A stretch of 63,897 bases of DNA, counting the filler, from Octopus bimaculoides (taxonomy: Eukaryota): the NCBI RefSeq assembly GCF_001194135.2. It is 4 parts of 4 records of this genome, joined end to end, with 100 filler letters (N's around TTAATTAATTAA, not from the genome) between each part and the next. Parts side by side here need not be neighbours in the genome. Positions count along the whole stretch, not along the records: positions 62,794 to 63,897 come from NC_069010.1; 3 more parts are not named here. One strand, 5' to 3'. Shown one piece after another: positions 62,920 to 63,897 of the stretch. Under the pieces are notes generated by a model that worked only from the letters and a program-made list of their open reading frames with translations, was not told the DNA's origin and did not search any database. The position numbers and the translations under genes are program-made. Position 1 is the first letter of the stretch; each line of letters starts with the position of its first letter.

Positions 62920-63579
62920 TAATAACAACACCATTGACAACGGAAACAACAAGCTTGAGAAGATTCTTACCTCCATGCAGTGACTGATTGAAGAGCTCAC
63001 CTACAATGGGGCCCACATCTCAGCTGGTTTTGCTGTAAAGGGTCCCCCCTCGAATGTGGAACGAGAAAGGGAGGGGGACGAAACGGAAAGAGGGGGGGTG
63101 CTCTGTGCATTGATGGGAACAAACAAGAAAAAAATGACTGACCGATGCCGCCACCACCACCACTAACTAAAGAGAAACAACAACAATAGGGGCCACAACA
63201 ACAACAACAACGACAACAACAATGATGACGACAACACCAAGTGCGAACCTAATGAGCAAAGAGGTTCGTTAACTTACAGCATTGACTAACAGTAGAGGCA
63301 GGAACCAGTTCAAACCAGTCGACGCTATTGTAGTCGGTTACATCTAGAGAGAGAATTAAAGTTGCTACTAATTAACACAGGACAACAAACAAACAAACAA
63401 TTTAACGAGGTAATTAACACAAGCACCACGGTCAGTGAAATTCATTATAAAAGGCCAGGAGTATTCTCCTGGGCCTCCCCATCAGAATTTCACATGACAG
63501 CGACATATAAACAATGACACAGAGACACACACACACACACATTTTCATCATCATCATCATCAACATATTTTTCATTTAA

Positions 63580-63802
63580 CCCTTTCGTTACTAACCCGGC
63601 TGAAACCACCTCTGGTTCTGTAGTACAAATGTCTTGTTTTCAAAAGTTCTGAATTAAAATCTTCCACCCAACTTTAAGTCACAATTTATGTTCCTAACAC
63701 TAGCTGAATGATAACTAAGTTACTTTACTAAGTTCTTTGTTATATTTAAAATCAATTGAAAGAAACACAGAGCATTTCAACAGAAATATGGTAACAAAAG
63801 GG
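63580..63802. mobile_element. piggyBac-type MITE
   Basis: TTAA|ccctttcgttac...gtaacaaaaggg|TTAA. Confidence 0.85.
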
Positions 63803-63826
63803 TTAAAGTCACCATGATATTTTTAA

Positions 63827-63897
63827 TCCTTTTGATACCAACCTGGCTGAAACCACCTCTGGTTCTGTAGTACAAATGTCTTGGTTTCATAAGTTCT
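63827..63897. mobile_element. Second piggyBac-type MITE, cut by the window end
   Basis: ttaa|tccttttgatacc...; repeats the start of 63580-63802. Confidence 0.75.

Overview
Repeat-dense, AT-rich animal DNA with many assembly gaps. The SINE/LINE/microsatellite landscape suggests a coleoid cephalopod (Octopus-like); this is inferred, not checked. Two host genes face each other. One is the terminal coding exon plus polyA signal of an unidentified coiled-coil gene on + (20487-20645). The other is a spliced minus-strand gene (at least 5 phase-compatible exons, 53253-60444, 286 codons) encoding a di-cysteine-repeat, galaxin/usherin-like protein, with a possible signal-peptide exon at 61108-61180. 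The rest is mobile DNA: RTE LINE fragments (one young copy with a PHD-like finger and a tandemly repeated 3' UTR), Dong/R4-like pieces in (TAA)n, a HERO-like 3' end, a Penelope-like RT, deleted mariner and DD37D elements, piggyBac-type TTAA MITEs, a HINE/DINE-1-like element and several tRNA-derived SINE families. Notable observations are several Penelope-type minimal hammerhead-ribozyme relics inside inverted repeats, four SINE copies that all have exact 11-bp TSDs (one with its empty site preserved nearby), several long fold-backs and two minisatellites. No prokaryotic features or CRISPR arrays were found.
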